A stretch of DNA of 45,981 nt, from positions 1 to 45,981 of IMG/VR virus record IMGVR_UViG_3300037851_000058. One strand, 5' to 3'. Numbering within the stretch: the stretch's first letter is position 1; each line of letters opens with the position of its first letter. Source of the stretch: a virus. Lineage: Duplodnaviria; Caudoviricetes. The translations under genes and the position numbers were made by a program. Below the pieces are notes generated by a model. It saw only the letters and a list, made by a program, of their open reading frames with translations, made no database searches and was not told where the DNA came from. Shown in pieces: positions 18,305-27,589 of this stretch.

Positions 18305-19348
18305 ATGAGCCTATCGTCCGAGGTTGACAGACAAGTCGAGGCGTTAAAAGAATTCGGGGTTCCGATTAAATCCGGGGCTCGCGTGATGCGCCCGGAAACC
18401 GCGAAGGCGAGCGTCGGGGATCTGGCCTCGGGGGTCTGGGTCCATCGCTGGGCGCGCAATGCCTGTCAGAATTATCAGACCGTGATGGCAGGGGAAGGAA
18501 TTCGGTTCCTCAACGACGCTTGTCTGGGGCTTCCAGCGTTCGTGTGCGGTGTCGGGCCTTCCCTCGACGATATCATCCCGGAGCTGAAACAGGCGGAGAA
18601 GCGGGCGATCCTGATCGCAACGGATGCGGCTTTCCGACCGCTTCTCGCGAATCAGATCCGCCCGGATCTGGTGATCTCGTTCGATTGCAAGGCGGAGCAA
18701 TCGACCTTGTGGGAAAGCGCCCCGGATCATGGAATCCCGGCGCTGTTTGATTCATGCGCGCACCCCAGCGCGTACCGGAGCTGGAAGGGCCCGGTGCTCT
18801 TTTACAACCACTGGCATCAACAGGACCAATTCTCCGCGAACCTCCTTCCGTATATCTTCCCGAATATCGGACAGCTCCCCAGCGCCGGGACGGTCGGCAA
18901 CATGGGGCTCCTCGCCGCGCGGCTGATGGGATGCAACCCGGTTTATGCGGTGGGGATGGACTTCTGCTATCGGCAGATTGAGGGCGGATGGCGGTATCGG
19001 GCGATAGATTATCGGATCGTCAATGATGGCGAGGGCCAGCATTGGAGAGAGACAGAGAACAAGGTGCTCTATAACAACGATGAGCGGGTGGCGCGGACAT
19101 TCGATTTGGAAGTCGGCGGGAAAAAGTTCAAAACCGACCCGGAGCTGTCCCATTATTACGAGGCGTGCATTCGGGTATGCAAGGAGTACAAGGTCAATCT
19201 GATGAATGTCTCGCCGGGTTCCATGCTGGCGGATCAGGTTCCTTTCTCGACCCTCGAGAGCGCGCTGGACACTTACGCGCGATTCCCGATCATGGGCGGG
19301 CGGCACATCCTCCCGTTCCTCGACAAGATTCTGGGCCGGGTGCGATGA
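18305..19348 (+). CDS. Maf/DUF115-family glycosyltransferase
   Basis: PAFVCGVGPSLD, ILIATDAA, IRPDLVISFD, GTVGNMGL...MGCNPVYAVGMDFCY. Confidence 0.85.
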   Translation: MSLSSEVDRQVEALKEFGVPIKSGARVMRPETAKASVGDLASGVWVHRWARNACQNYQTVMAGEGIRFLNDACLGLPAFVCGVGPSLDDIIPELKQAEKRAILIATDAAFRPLLANQIRPDLVISFDCKAEQSTLWESAPDHGIPALFDSCAHPSAYRSWKGPVLFYNHWHQQDQFSANLLPYIFPNIGQLPSAGTVGNMGLLAARLMGCNPVYAVGMDFCYRQIEGGWRYRAIDYRIVNDGEGQHWRETENKVLYNNDERVARTFDLEVGGKKFKTDPELSHYYEACIRVCKEYKVNLMNVSPGSMLADQVPFSTLESALDTYARFPIMGGRHILPFLDKILGRVR

Positions 19349-19551
19349 AATGGATACAGGGAATAACGGTGGAGCTTCCGATCGACTGGATCAACGCGAT
19401 CTTTGGGCGGGTGTCGAAAAAAGGCTCGGTGAGGCTCAGAGTCGGGGAGCGTTTGACGATCAAGGGCGAGCCCTTTCGCGTCCTCCTCCTGTCGAAAGAA
19501 GGGCTGATGCTCCAGCCCGAGAAGGGCGTGACCATCGTGGAGGACAAGTGA
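19345..19551 (+). CDS. Hypothetical protein (68 aa)
   Basis: ATGA/GTGA coupling on both sides. Confidence 0.65.
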   Translation: MKWIQGITVELPIDWINAIFGRVSKKGSVRLRVGERLTIKGEPFRVLLLSKEGLMLQPEKGVTIVEDK

Positions 19552-20117
19552 GAAACGGAAACGAGTGGCCGCAATCCACGAAGCCTTACCGGACCAACCC
19601 TCCCGACGGAACGGTGGGGCTGGTCATTCCCATGCGCGACAATTTGAAATTCTTCAAGCTCTGCTATCACTCGATCCTCGACTTCACCGACTACCGCTAT
19701 ATGCTCACGATCGTCGATAATATGAGCACCTTCACGACCCGGCAATATCTGGACTCCATCCGCCGCAACCACAACGTGAACATTCTCAGCTATCAGAAGG
19801 ACCACAATTTAGTCGAGGAGATCCGCCTCGCGATGCAGTTCATGTTCGCGTTCGATACCGTCAAATATGGATGCGTGGTCTTGCCCTATACCGTCGTCGA
19901 GCCCAACTGGTTGTCGAGGATGGTCCATGCGCTGAACTCCACCGAATGCGACGCGCTCGAGCCGATCTTCGTGCCCAACGGACAAGAGGCGAAGCCGATC
20001 CTTCTGTTCAAGAGGGAATCCTTCAAGCCCGAGGAGGGGCTGGGATTGACGAACATCATGACGAGCGAGATCATCGCGCACCGATTTTCGAGAGTGCCGA
20101 CAGCGGTGGCTGAATGA
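19548..20117 (+). CDS. GT2-like glycosyltransferase, short and degenerate
   Basis: GTG start after GGAGG; LVIPMRD...CYHSI...IVDNMST; no DxD before VEPNWL. Confidence 0.7.
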   Translation: MRNGNEWPQSTKPYRTNPPDGTVGLVIPMRDNLKFFKLCYHSILDFTDYRYMLTIVDNMSTFTTRQYLDSIRRNHNVNILSYQKDHNLVEEIRLAMQFMFAFDTVKYGCVVLPYTVVEPNWLSRMVHALNSTECDALEPIFVPNGQEAKPILLFKRESFKPEEGLGLTNIMTSEIIAHRFSRVPTAVAE

Positions 20118-20662
20118 AGCCGCTCGCCCAGCTCTACGCGGAGCTGTCCACGACGGACGTGCGGCACAAGGACATGATGCAGTTCCTCTCGATCCATGCG
20201 CGAGGGAATGTCGTGCAGATCGGGATGGTCAACGGAGCCGGGACCGCCGCGCTCCTCTATGGGGTGGAGCATAAAGGCGGGCACGTCTGGACGATCAACC
20301 CCAGCGATGACTCGGCGAATTATTTTATCGGGCATCCTCAGTGGACGATGGTGGAGGCGGACCCGACCCAGATGGAATACATACGGGGAGCGGGCGTTCC
20401 CGAGGAAGCGAACTTGCTCTACATTCGTGCAGAACCTACGATGATAGAGACAGCGACGATCCTGAAATGTCACGGACACACGCTCAAGCTGGCGGGACTC
20501 ATCATTGTCGCGGCGGCGCGCGCGAACCTCAGCGTTCGGCAGGCCTGCGAGGACTACGCCAAAAGCTTCGGGATGCGGTTTCATATCAGGCCCAGCGAAG
20601 CGGACCTCGGTGTGATCTTCTACCCAGACAACAAGGAGGTCATTCAAGATGTCGGAGCTTAA
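20114..20662 (+). CDS. Class I SAM methyltransferase-like protein, degenerate
   Basis: VVQIGMVNGAGT..LL.G...GGHVWTIN; expected acidic/His motif residues substituted. Confidence 0.65.
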   Translation: MKPLAQLYAELSTTDVRHKDMMQFLSIHARGNVVQIGMVNGAGTAALLYGVEHKGGHVWTINPSDDSANYFIGHPQWTMVEADPTQMEYIRGAGVPEEANLLYIRAEPTMIETATILKCHGHTLKLAGLIIVAAARANLSVRQACEDYAKSFGMRFHIRPSEADLGVIFYPDNKEVIQDVGA

Positions 20663-21065
20663 AGCCGGAGATCAAAAAGTGTTCGAGGTGGGAGATAAAA
20701 CCCTGACGATCGAGCCCGTCCCGTATGGGAATGTGAAAAAGATCTTTCGCATTATCGGGAGCGCCATGACGGATATCACCGCCGGGAAGAATGCGGTCAC
20801 GGATATCCCGGACACGATCGACAAGTATATGCCGGAGTTCTTTCCGCTCTTGTTCCGGAAAGGGACGCACGATTTCGTGACGACGGAATGGATCGAGGAC
20901 AACCTGACCATCATGACGATGAAGGAAATTCTCGAGACCGCGATCAAAGTGAATGGGCTAGAAGATTTTTTCACAAGGAAGGGGGCGGCGGTGGTAAATC
21001 CTCCGGGGACCAGTACATTTACCACATCTTCGCCCTTGCCTACGGCTGGCGACCTTCCGAAGTAG
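20649..21065 (+). CDS. Tail assembly chaperone (gpG-like)
   Basis: Upstream of TMP; contains slippery site. Confidence 0.8.
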   Translation: MSELKAGDQKVFEVGDKTLTIEPVPYGNVKKIFRIIGSAMTDITAGKNAVTDIPDTIDKYMPEFFPLLFRKGTHDFVTTEWIEDNLTIMTMKEILETAIKVNGLEDFFTRKGAAVVNPPGTSTFTTSSPLPTAGDLPK

Positions 21066-21235
21066 AAGAAGAAACGTGGCCCATGCTCAAGGGCCTGTTG
21101 GAGTGCATGAAAGAAATGCCGCCGACGGACTTCATCGCCGGGGCATGGGCGAAGTCGAAAGCGCCGAAGCCGATCGCGCAACAAGCGGCGGCGCTGGGGA
21201 AAGTGAAAAAGGGCAAGGTGAAAAAGCGTGGCTGA
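20966..21235 (+). CDS. -1 frameshift extension of tail chaperone (gpGT-like)
   Basis: In-phase T TTT TTC at 20966-20972; -1 frame open to 21235 with YHIFALAYGWRPSEV. Confidence 0.8.
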   Translation, partial: FFHKEGGGGGKSSGDQYIYHIFALAYGWRPSEVEEETWPMLKGLLECMKEMPPTDFIAGAWAKSKAPKPIAQQAAALGKVKKGKVKKRG

Positions 21236-22997
21236 TGCTGGCGAAATTAGCGTAACACTCACCGTTAAAGCGGAGGAGTTCAAGAAAGCTCTCGACGGGA
21301 GCAAGAAAAACCTCGAGGACTTCGGGAAGAAAACCGAGAGCTTTTTCAGCGCCCAGAACATCGCGATCGGGGCGGCGATTGCCGCCGTCGGGAAGTTCGC
21401 GAAGGATTCCGTCGCCGCCTACATCCAGTCCGAGAATGCCAACGCACGCCTGACGCAAGCGCTCGCCAACCAAGGGCTCGCCATTGAGGAGAACGTCACG
21501 CGCATGAATGAGCAAGCGCTGGCGCTCCAGCAAGTCACCGGGGTGGAGGATGACGCGATCATCTCCGGGCAAGCGCTCCTGACCACCTTCGGGCTTCAAG
21601 GCGCACAGATGGAGAAGGCGACACAGGCGGCGCTGGATCTTTCAGCGGCGACCGGGATGGATCTCCAGTCGGCTTTCATGGCGATGTCGAAAGCGGCGGC
21701 TGGCAACATGGGCGCGCTCACCCGCTACATCGGCGAGATCGACAGCTCCCTACCGAAGCAGGAACAGTTCGCGGTCGCGGTCAAACGGATCGGCGACACG
21801 ATGGGCGGCGCGGCGGCGAATCAAGCGAAGACCTTCGGCGGTCAGATCCAGATTATGTCCGCCAACTTCAACAATCTACAGGAAGAAATCGGCAAGCTCA
21901 TCGCGGGCCCGGGCGCTGGGGTTGTGCAATGGATCAACGGGGCAATCCTCGCCTTCACGACCTTCATGCAGACGGTCAATTCCACGATCGCCTACTTCGG
22001 CGGGCTGGGGACGGTCTTCCAACTGATCGTGATCGGAGCGCTCCGGGATTTCATGAATGCGCTGACCCTCGTCGGAGTGCAGATGACGAATGTGATCGGG
22101 ATCATCCCGGGGCTCGGCGGGTCGATGGACGTGCTTCGCCAGAAGATCATCGCTGGGAATGCCGAGATTCAGAAGCGCATCACGTGGACGGAAATCGAAA
22201 TCGAAGAAACCGGGAAAGCCGCCGCCGCCGCGAAAGCGGCGGAACAGACGAAGGTTCAGGCGAAGCGAACCGCCGCCGTACAGGAAGTCGCCATTATCGA
22301 CGGGCTCTCGACCTATACCTCAGAGATGATGAAGAAGGAACTCGAGGAGCGGAGAAAGCAAGCCGAGGAGAAGGCGAAGATTCAGCAGGACTGGTTCGAC
22401 ACCTTCACCACCACCGAGGCGGAGATGAACGCCTTCGCGATCCAGGAAACGAACCGCTTCTTCGACGGATTCGGGACCGCGATGGCGGACATGATCGTCG
22501 ATGGTAAAGATTTTGGCGAGTCGATGAAGAAGGTTTTCAAGGATATGGCGAAGCAGATCATCTCCTATCTGGTGCAGATGATCGCGAAGATTATCGCCTT
22601 CCTGATCTTGCGGGAAGCCGCGCGCCAGTTCGGCGGGGCGTATGGGCAAGCGTCCGCCGCCGCGATGACCGCCGCCGCGAATGCGACGGACTGGGGCGGA
22701 TCGGGGATGGCGAGCGGAGGCATGATCAACGAGCCTTCGATTATCACCGGGCTCCGGAGCGGGCGCTCTCACATGGCAGGGGAAGCCGGGCCCGAGGCGG
22801 TCGTTCCCTTCGGCAATGTCTCCAACGCTGAGATGGCGGGCGGTGGCGGGATCACGATCAACATTTCCGGGCATTTCATTCAAGGCGACGATGCGTCATG
22901 GCAACGGCTGATGCGGGAGCGGATCGTTCCGGAGATCCGGCGCTTCACGATGGCTTCTCCCGTCGGACCATTCAATAGGCGAAGGGGCATTTCATGA
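21228..22997 (+). CDS. Tape measure protein
   Basis: 589 aa Ala-rich helical; C-terminal MASGG...AGEAGPEAVVP. Confidence 0.9.
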   Translation: MADAGEISVTLTVKAEEFKKALDGSKKNLEDFGKKTESFFSAQNIAIGAAIAAVGKFAKDSVAAYIQSENANARLTQALANQGLAIEENVTRMNEQALALQQVTGVEDDAIISGQALLTTFGLQGAQMEKATQAALDLSAATGMDLQSAFMAMSKAAAGNMGALTRYIGEIDSSLPKQEQFAVAVKRIGDTMGGAAANQAKTFGGQIQIMSANFNNLQEEIGKLIAGPGAGVVQWINGAILAFTTFMQTVNSTIAYFGGLGTVFQLIVIGALRDFMNALTLVGVQMTNVIGIIPGLGGSMDVLRQKIIAGNAEIQKRITWTEIEIEETGKAAAAAKAAEQTKVQAKRTAAVQEVAIIDGLSTYTSEMMKKELEERRKQAEEKAKIQQDWFDTFTTTEAEMNAFAIQETNRFFDGFGTAMADMIVDGKDFGESMKKVFKDMAKQIISYLVQMIAKIIAFLILREAARQFGGAYGQASAAAMTAAANATDWGGSGMASGGMINEPSIITGLRSGRSHMAGEAGPEAVVPFGNVSNAEMAGGGGITINISGHFIQGDDASWQRLMRERIVPEIRRFTMASPVGPFNRRRGIS

Positions 22998-23758
22998 CCT
23001 CGATGATCAACGATGTCATCTGGAATAACGAGACATTCAATGGACCCTCGATTCCTCCGGCAATCCCGGGGTCGGCGAAAATCCTGTTCAATCAGACCGG
23101 GATCACTCTCGACTGGACAATCGTTCCGGCGGCTTCAACCTATCGCGTGCAAGTGAGCATGTTCCCCGATTTCCGCACGGTCTTTATCGACGATCCGACG
23201 CTCACCGTTTCACAGATCAGCTTCACCGATGGCGAGGCGGACAATGCCCGGCGCTACTGGCGCTGGCGACCCTCGATCACTCCGGGCCCGATTTACATCG
23301 AGCCGTGGTCGGAGGTTGGCTCTTACTGGCTGGATACCGGAGCGGCGCAGGAGATCACCCTCCCTCGGCATACGTGGGCGATCTTCGATGTGGCGGATGT
23401 GACCGACATTTATGAGCTGGAGATCCATCCGGTCTATAAAATCGTGCCGATGAATCTCTACCGATCGCAAGAGCGGAACCGCCTCGGCGAACTTCTCTCG
23501 GAATTCTTGACGGTGAAGAATGAGATCACGCTCAATTTCACAGGGCAACAATACGTCACGCACGCGATGTTGAATGAATTCCGGAGATACCACAATTCGC
23601 TGAGGACTTTTTATCTGGCGACGTTGAAGGACGGAGTTCGCGAACGTCCTATGCCGCATATCTGGAGAGTCCAATTCACACAGGACCCCGCAATGAACAT
23701 GATCGCCGCAGGGCGGGGCGATCTTGTCTCGGGAATCCTGTTGTTGACTGAGGTTTAA
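22994..23758 (+). CDS. Distal-tail-like protein with FN3/Ig-like N-terminal domain
   Basis: Follows TMP; LDW...YRVQVS..PDF...YWRWR...WS. Confidence 0.6.
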   Translation: MTSMINDVIWNNETFNGPSIPPAIPGSAKILFNQTGITLDWTIVPAASTYRVQVSMFPDFRTVFIDDPTLTVSQISFTDGEADNARRYWRWRPSITPGPIYIEPWSEVGSYWLDTGAAQEITLPRHTWAIFDVADVTDIYELEIHPVYKIVPMNLYRSQERNRLGELLSEFLTVKNEITLNFTGQQYVTHAMLNEFRRYHNSLRTFYLATLKDGVRERPMPHIWRVQFTQDPAMNMIAAGRGDLVSGILLLTEV

Positions 23759-23768
23759 GGAGGCTGTC

Positions 23769-26708
23769 ATGGCATTTTTTCCGTCATCCGTCGCAACCGC
23801 GCTTGAGCTTTTAGAGGCGCGCAACAACAAGTCGGCCTCGCTGGATATCGCGGTCAATCAATTCGCGACGACTCTGGATCTGGACGACTCCACGCCTTTC
23901 CCGGCTTCCGGGTACGTGACCTTCGCGGACAATAAAGAGATCGTCCAATATACGGGGAATGCCGCGAATCAGCTCACCGGATGCACGCGCGGGGCGGATG
24001 GCACGGTGGCGACTTCCCATTCCGCCGGGGTGTCGATTGAGCAGAGGCACAACGCCGCCTATCACAACACCCTCACGGACGAGATCATCGCGATTGAGAC
24101 TTACCTTCAATCCGCCTTCGGCTTAACCCCGATTCCGCTCCTCCTCCCAGACGGGAGTGTGGGCGCTCCGACCTATAGCTGGGCCTCTGATCCGGATTCG
24201 GGGATCTACCGGGTGGGATCTGGATCGCTGGGAATCGCCGTAAATGGGGCTCCCGGGGCTCAAATTAGCGCGGCGGGCATCCAAGCCTTCCAAGGGGCGA
24301 TTGTCGCGCCAGATGGCACAGCGGCTTCGCCTACGTTCGCTTTCAGCGGCTCTGTCACCACCGGATTGTACCGGGCGGCTGGGCTTCTGGGTCTTTCGGC
24401 CTCTGGGGTGGGGATTGCGACCGCCTCGGCGGCTGGCCTGACTGTCCTGACCGGGGCTTTCCTTGCTCCCAACGGGACGGCTGGGGCTCCGACCTTCTCT
24501 TTCACAGGATCGCCGACCGATGGAATCTATAAAGCCGCCTCTGGGGTAGGCATTGCGGCGGCTGGGGTTCTGGGCCTCGAAGTCAACGCGACCCAGCAAG
24601 TGCTGGTTCCGAAGGTTACGGATCAGCTTGTCCTTGGGACGACCAACACGATCACGCTGACCGCGCCCGCGCCCGCCGCCTCGCGCACGTACACAATCCC
24701 CGATGTTCTGGCGGCGGCTTCTTTCGTCATGACCGAAGGCAATCAGACCATCAACGGGGTCAAGACTTTGGCTGGGGCGAACTTGATCGCGCTGGCGGAT
24801 GGGCTTCTCGCAACCCCGAGTCTCTACTTCGCCTCGGACATTGATTGCGGAATTTATAGGTCCGCCTCGAATAGCTGGAACCTTGTGGCTGGCGGAGTCG
24901 CGGTCGTGAACATGGTGGACACCTACTTCAATGTCCTTCTGACGGAATTCCATCCCAACGGATCGGCGGCGGTCCCTTCGGTCGCCTTCGCTTCTGATCA
25001 GACCACCGGGCTCTATCGCAACGGGGCGGGAATCCTCGGGATCTCCAACGCTGGAGTCTCGAACTATTTATTCGGCGGGTCCGGGGCGACCTTCTCTCAG
25101 GCGCTCCATGTTCCCGATGGGACAGCGGCGCTTCCCGGTCTGACCGGAGTCGATACCGATACCGGGGTTTATTTCAGCACCAACGTGGTCGGCCTCGCGA
25201 CCAACGGGCTCTCGCGCCTATTCATTGATTCCACGAAGATCACTTCCCAGCTCCCGATCTGGAATGTGGACGGGGCGGTCGGCGCTCCGGCTTATTCCTT
25301 CGGAAGCGATACCGACAGCGGGATCTACTGGGCGGGCGCGAATGATTTTCGCCTTGCGGCTGGCGGCGCGGATGCGCTGGGCCTCTCGAGCGTGGTCACG
25401 GCTTATCTGGATCTCGTTCCGAATGCGAACGTCACCCGGGATCTGGGGACCACCGCGCTCGCATGGCTCAACATCCATGCGAAAAACAGCCGATTCATGG
25501 AAACAGGCGGCGCTGATTACGTGCAGATGGAAGGGCCAGCGGCGATCACGACTTCGTATCGGGTCGCGCTTCCTCCCGATGCGCCAGCAACCGTCGGACA
25601 TACGATGCGGGTCGCCTCGCTCGGCACTCCGAATGTCCTCGAGTGGGGACCTTCCGGCGGGAACGGAGTCGCGGAGTACGTCGCCTATACGGTCGGCACT
25701 CCCTCCGGATCTTATTCCGGGAGCACCACGGTCTTTGATCTTCCGTTCACCTACACGGCGGACGGTAAAAATATGCGGGTTTTCTATAACGGGCAACAGC
25801 TCAAGCTGACAACCGACTATACGGAAACCTCGACCTCTCAGATCACCACCACCGCGCCGCTGATCGCCGGGCAATCCATCTGGTTCCGCACGGTGACAGG
25901 AGTCGGCGCTCCGACCTCGGTGAATCTCTACCGGGAAGATTATGTCGTCGGGACCGCGCTCAATAATTACACCGGATCGACGACGGTCTTCAACCTCGTC
26001 AATTCATACAACGTCGGCGGAAACGTCATGCTCGTCACCCTCGATGGCGATGTGCAGACGAAAGGCGCGAGCGTGGATTATCTCGAGACGAATTCCACGA
26101 CCGTCACCTTCAACAATGCGCTGGTCGCGGGCCAGAAGGTGAGCTTCATCTGGGCCAACACGAACGGGACGAGTGGGGTCAATTCAGGGACCGCCGGGCA
26201 AGCCGCCTATTATTCGGCGAGCGGTGGAGTGGTGAGCGGGACTAATGCAGTAACCGTCGGGAGCAATGGTCCGAATGGGATCATCACAGGAACGAACACG
26301 AACGATAGCGCGGCGGCGGGGAAAGTTGGGGAATATGTATCGGCTTCGGATAGCGCCGGGACCAATTTTCCAGCATCAACCGTATTCGGAGACCTTCTTT
26401 CCATTTCCTTAACCGCCGGAGATTGGGACGTAACCGGAATTGTGGAAGCTGAATTAAACGGAGCAACCCTGACGAATTGGCTTATGGGAATCGGCCTCGT
26501 CGCTGGCAATAATCAAACTGGGCTGAACAATGGCGACAATCGCGTCGAGGGATTTAACCCCACCGCAAGCTCGCGAAGCACTTATACATGCCCGGGCTGG
26601 CGGTTATCTATAAATGCAACAACCACTGTCTATCTGAAGTATTTCGCGAATTATTCAGCGGGAACGCCGAAAGCGTATGGACGCCTGTCGGCCCGGAGGG
26701 TAAGATAA
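23769..26708 (+). CDS. Tail fibre protein with repeated shaft
   Basis: 979 aa; seven DG/NG-x4-P...GIYR-type repeats; LTGCTRGADGT N-terminal motif. Confidence 0.85.
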   Translation: MAFFPSSVATALELLEARNNKSASLDIAVNQFATTLDLDDSTPFPASGYVTFADNKEIVQYTGNAANQLTGCTRGADGTVATSHSAGVSIEQRHNAAYHNTLTDEIIAIETYLQSAFGLTPIPLLLPDGSVGAPTYSWASDPDSGIYRVGSGSLGIAVNGAPGAQISAAGIQAFQGAIVAPDGTAASPTFAFSGSVTTGLYRAAGLLGLSASGVGIATASAAGLTVLTGAFLAPNGTAGAPTFSFTGSPTDGIYKAASGVGIAAAGVLGLEVNATQQVLVPKVTDQLVLGTTNTITLTAPAPAASRTYTIPDVLAAASFVMTEGNQTINGVKTLAGANLIALADGLLATPSLYFASDIDCGIYRSASNSWNLVAGGVAVVNMVDTYFNVLLTEFHPNGSAAVPSVAFASDQTTGLYRNGAGILGISNAGVSNYLFGGSGATFSQALHVPDGTAALPGLTGVDTDTGVYFSTNVVGLATNGLSRLFIDSTKITSQLPIWNVDGAVGAPAYSFGSDTDSGIYWAGANDFRLAAGGADALGLSSVVTAYLDLVPNANVTRDLGTTALAWLNIHAKNSRFMETGGADYVQMEGPAAITTSYRVALPPDAPATVGHTMRVASLGTPNVLEWGPSGGNGVAEYVAYTVGTPSGSYSGSTTVFDLPFTYTADGKNMRVFYNGQQLKLTTDYTETSTSQITTTAPLIAGQSIWFRTVTGVGAPTSVNLYREDYVVGTALNNYTGSTTVFNLVNSYNVGGNVMLVTLDGDVQTKGASVDYLETNSTTVTFNNALVAGQKVSFIWANTNGTSGVNSGTAGQAAYYSASGGVVSGTNAVTVGSNGPNGIITGTNTNDSAAAGKVGEYVSASDSAGTNFPASTVFGDLLSISLTAGDWDVTGIVEAELNGATLTNWLMGIGLVAGNNQTGLNNGDNRVEGFNPTASSRSTYTCPGWRLSINATTTVYLKYFANYSAGTPKAYGRLSARRVR

Positions 26709-27580
26709 TGGCACGCACACAGATTCATCAATCGCTGGTTCCGTCAATCGCGAACATCACAGGATATCGCCGACCTCAGCTCACGTGGAGTTCAGTCACC
26801 ACCGTTAATACCGCGATCAACAGCGCGGACAATACTCACCGGATCATGGTCTTTCCCGATGGAAATATCCGATCCAACGATACGGCGACGCACGTGGAAT
26901 ACTCGCGCATGAACATCACGCGCGCGGCGGTGCTGACTGGCACGAAGCTGGGTGGGCTTCGCTCGGGAGAATCCGAGGCGACGAACACGTGGTATGCGTG
27001 CTATGCGGTGAAGTCTCAGGACGATACCGCGACGTGGGTGATTGTGGCGACGACCACGCTACCGATCAGCGGGACTTCAACCCTCGACGGATACTTTGGG
27101 GCGAACAACTGGACGTACCTCGGGCTCATTCGGAATGGGGACAATGCGGCGGCGACAGGAGATATCCTTTCCTTCGTCCAGTCCGGCGATACAACCATGC
27201 TCTACAACACTTGCACTCCGACGAACTTCGCCGGGAATCAGGCGGGCCTTATTTTGGCCGACCCCGGAGCGACGACAAGCTTGATCTATACCTACTCCGC
27301 AGGGACCGGGACAACGCAGATTCCGAACAATGTCGGGATGGCATGGTACGCCGGGTCAGTCAATGCTGGAGCGTCCGAATTGTCGGCACTTCGAGATGGA
27401 GGAGCATCGGTTCAGCACTTGTCGATTGTTTCCGTTTCGGCGGCACGCCACTATGGGCGTATATTTATCGCCGCTTCGTTGGGAGCAAGCGTCACTCCGG
27501 CGGCTTCTCATCCGTGCTGTATCGCTCTGACAGGATTCACGGACCTCGTTCTTGGAAATGGAATAGCCACAATCCAGTAA
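26708..27580 (+). CDS. Tail fibre-associated protein
   Basis: TAATG coupling gives start 26708; GGLRSGESEATNTWY; Thr/Ala/Gly-rich. Confidence 0.7.
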   Translation: MARTQIHQSLVPSIANITGYRRPQLTWSSVTTVNTAINSADNTHRIMVFPDGNIRSNDTATHVEYSRMNITRAAVLTGTKLGGLRSGESEATNTWYACYAVKSQDDTATWVIVATTTLPISGTSTLDGYFGANNWTYLGLIRNGDNAAATGDILSFVQSGDTTMLYNTCTPTNFAGNQAGLILADPGATTSLIYTYSAGTGTTQIPNNVGMAWYAGSVNAGASELSALRDGGASVQHLSIVSVSAARHYGRIFIAASLGASVTPAASHPCCIALTGFTDLVLGNGIATIQ

Positions 27581-27589
27581 GGAGACTAT

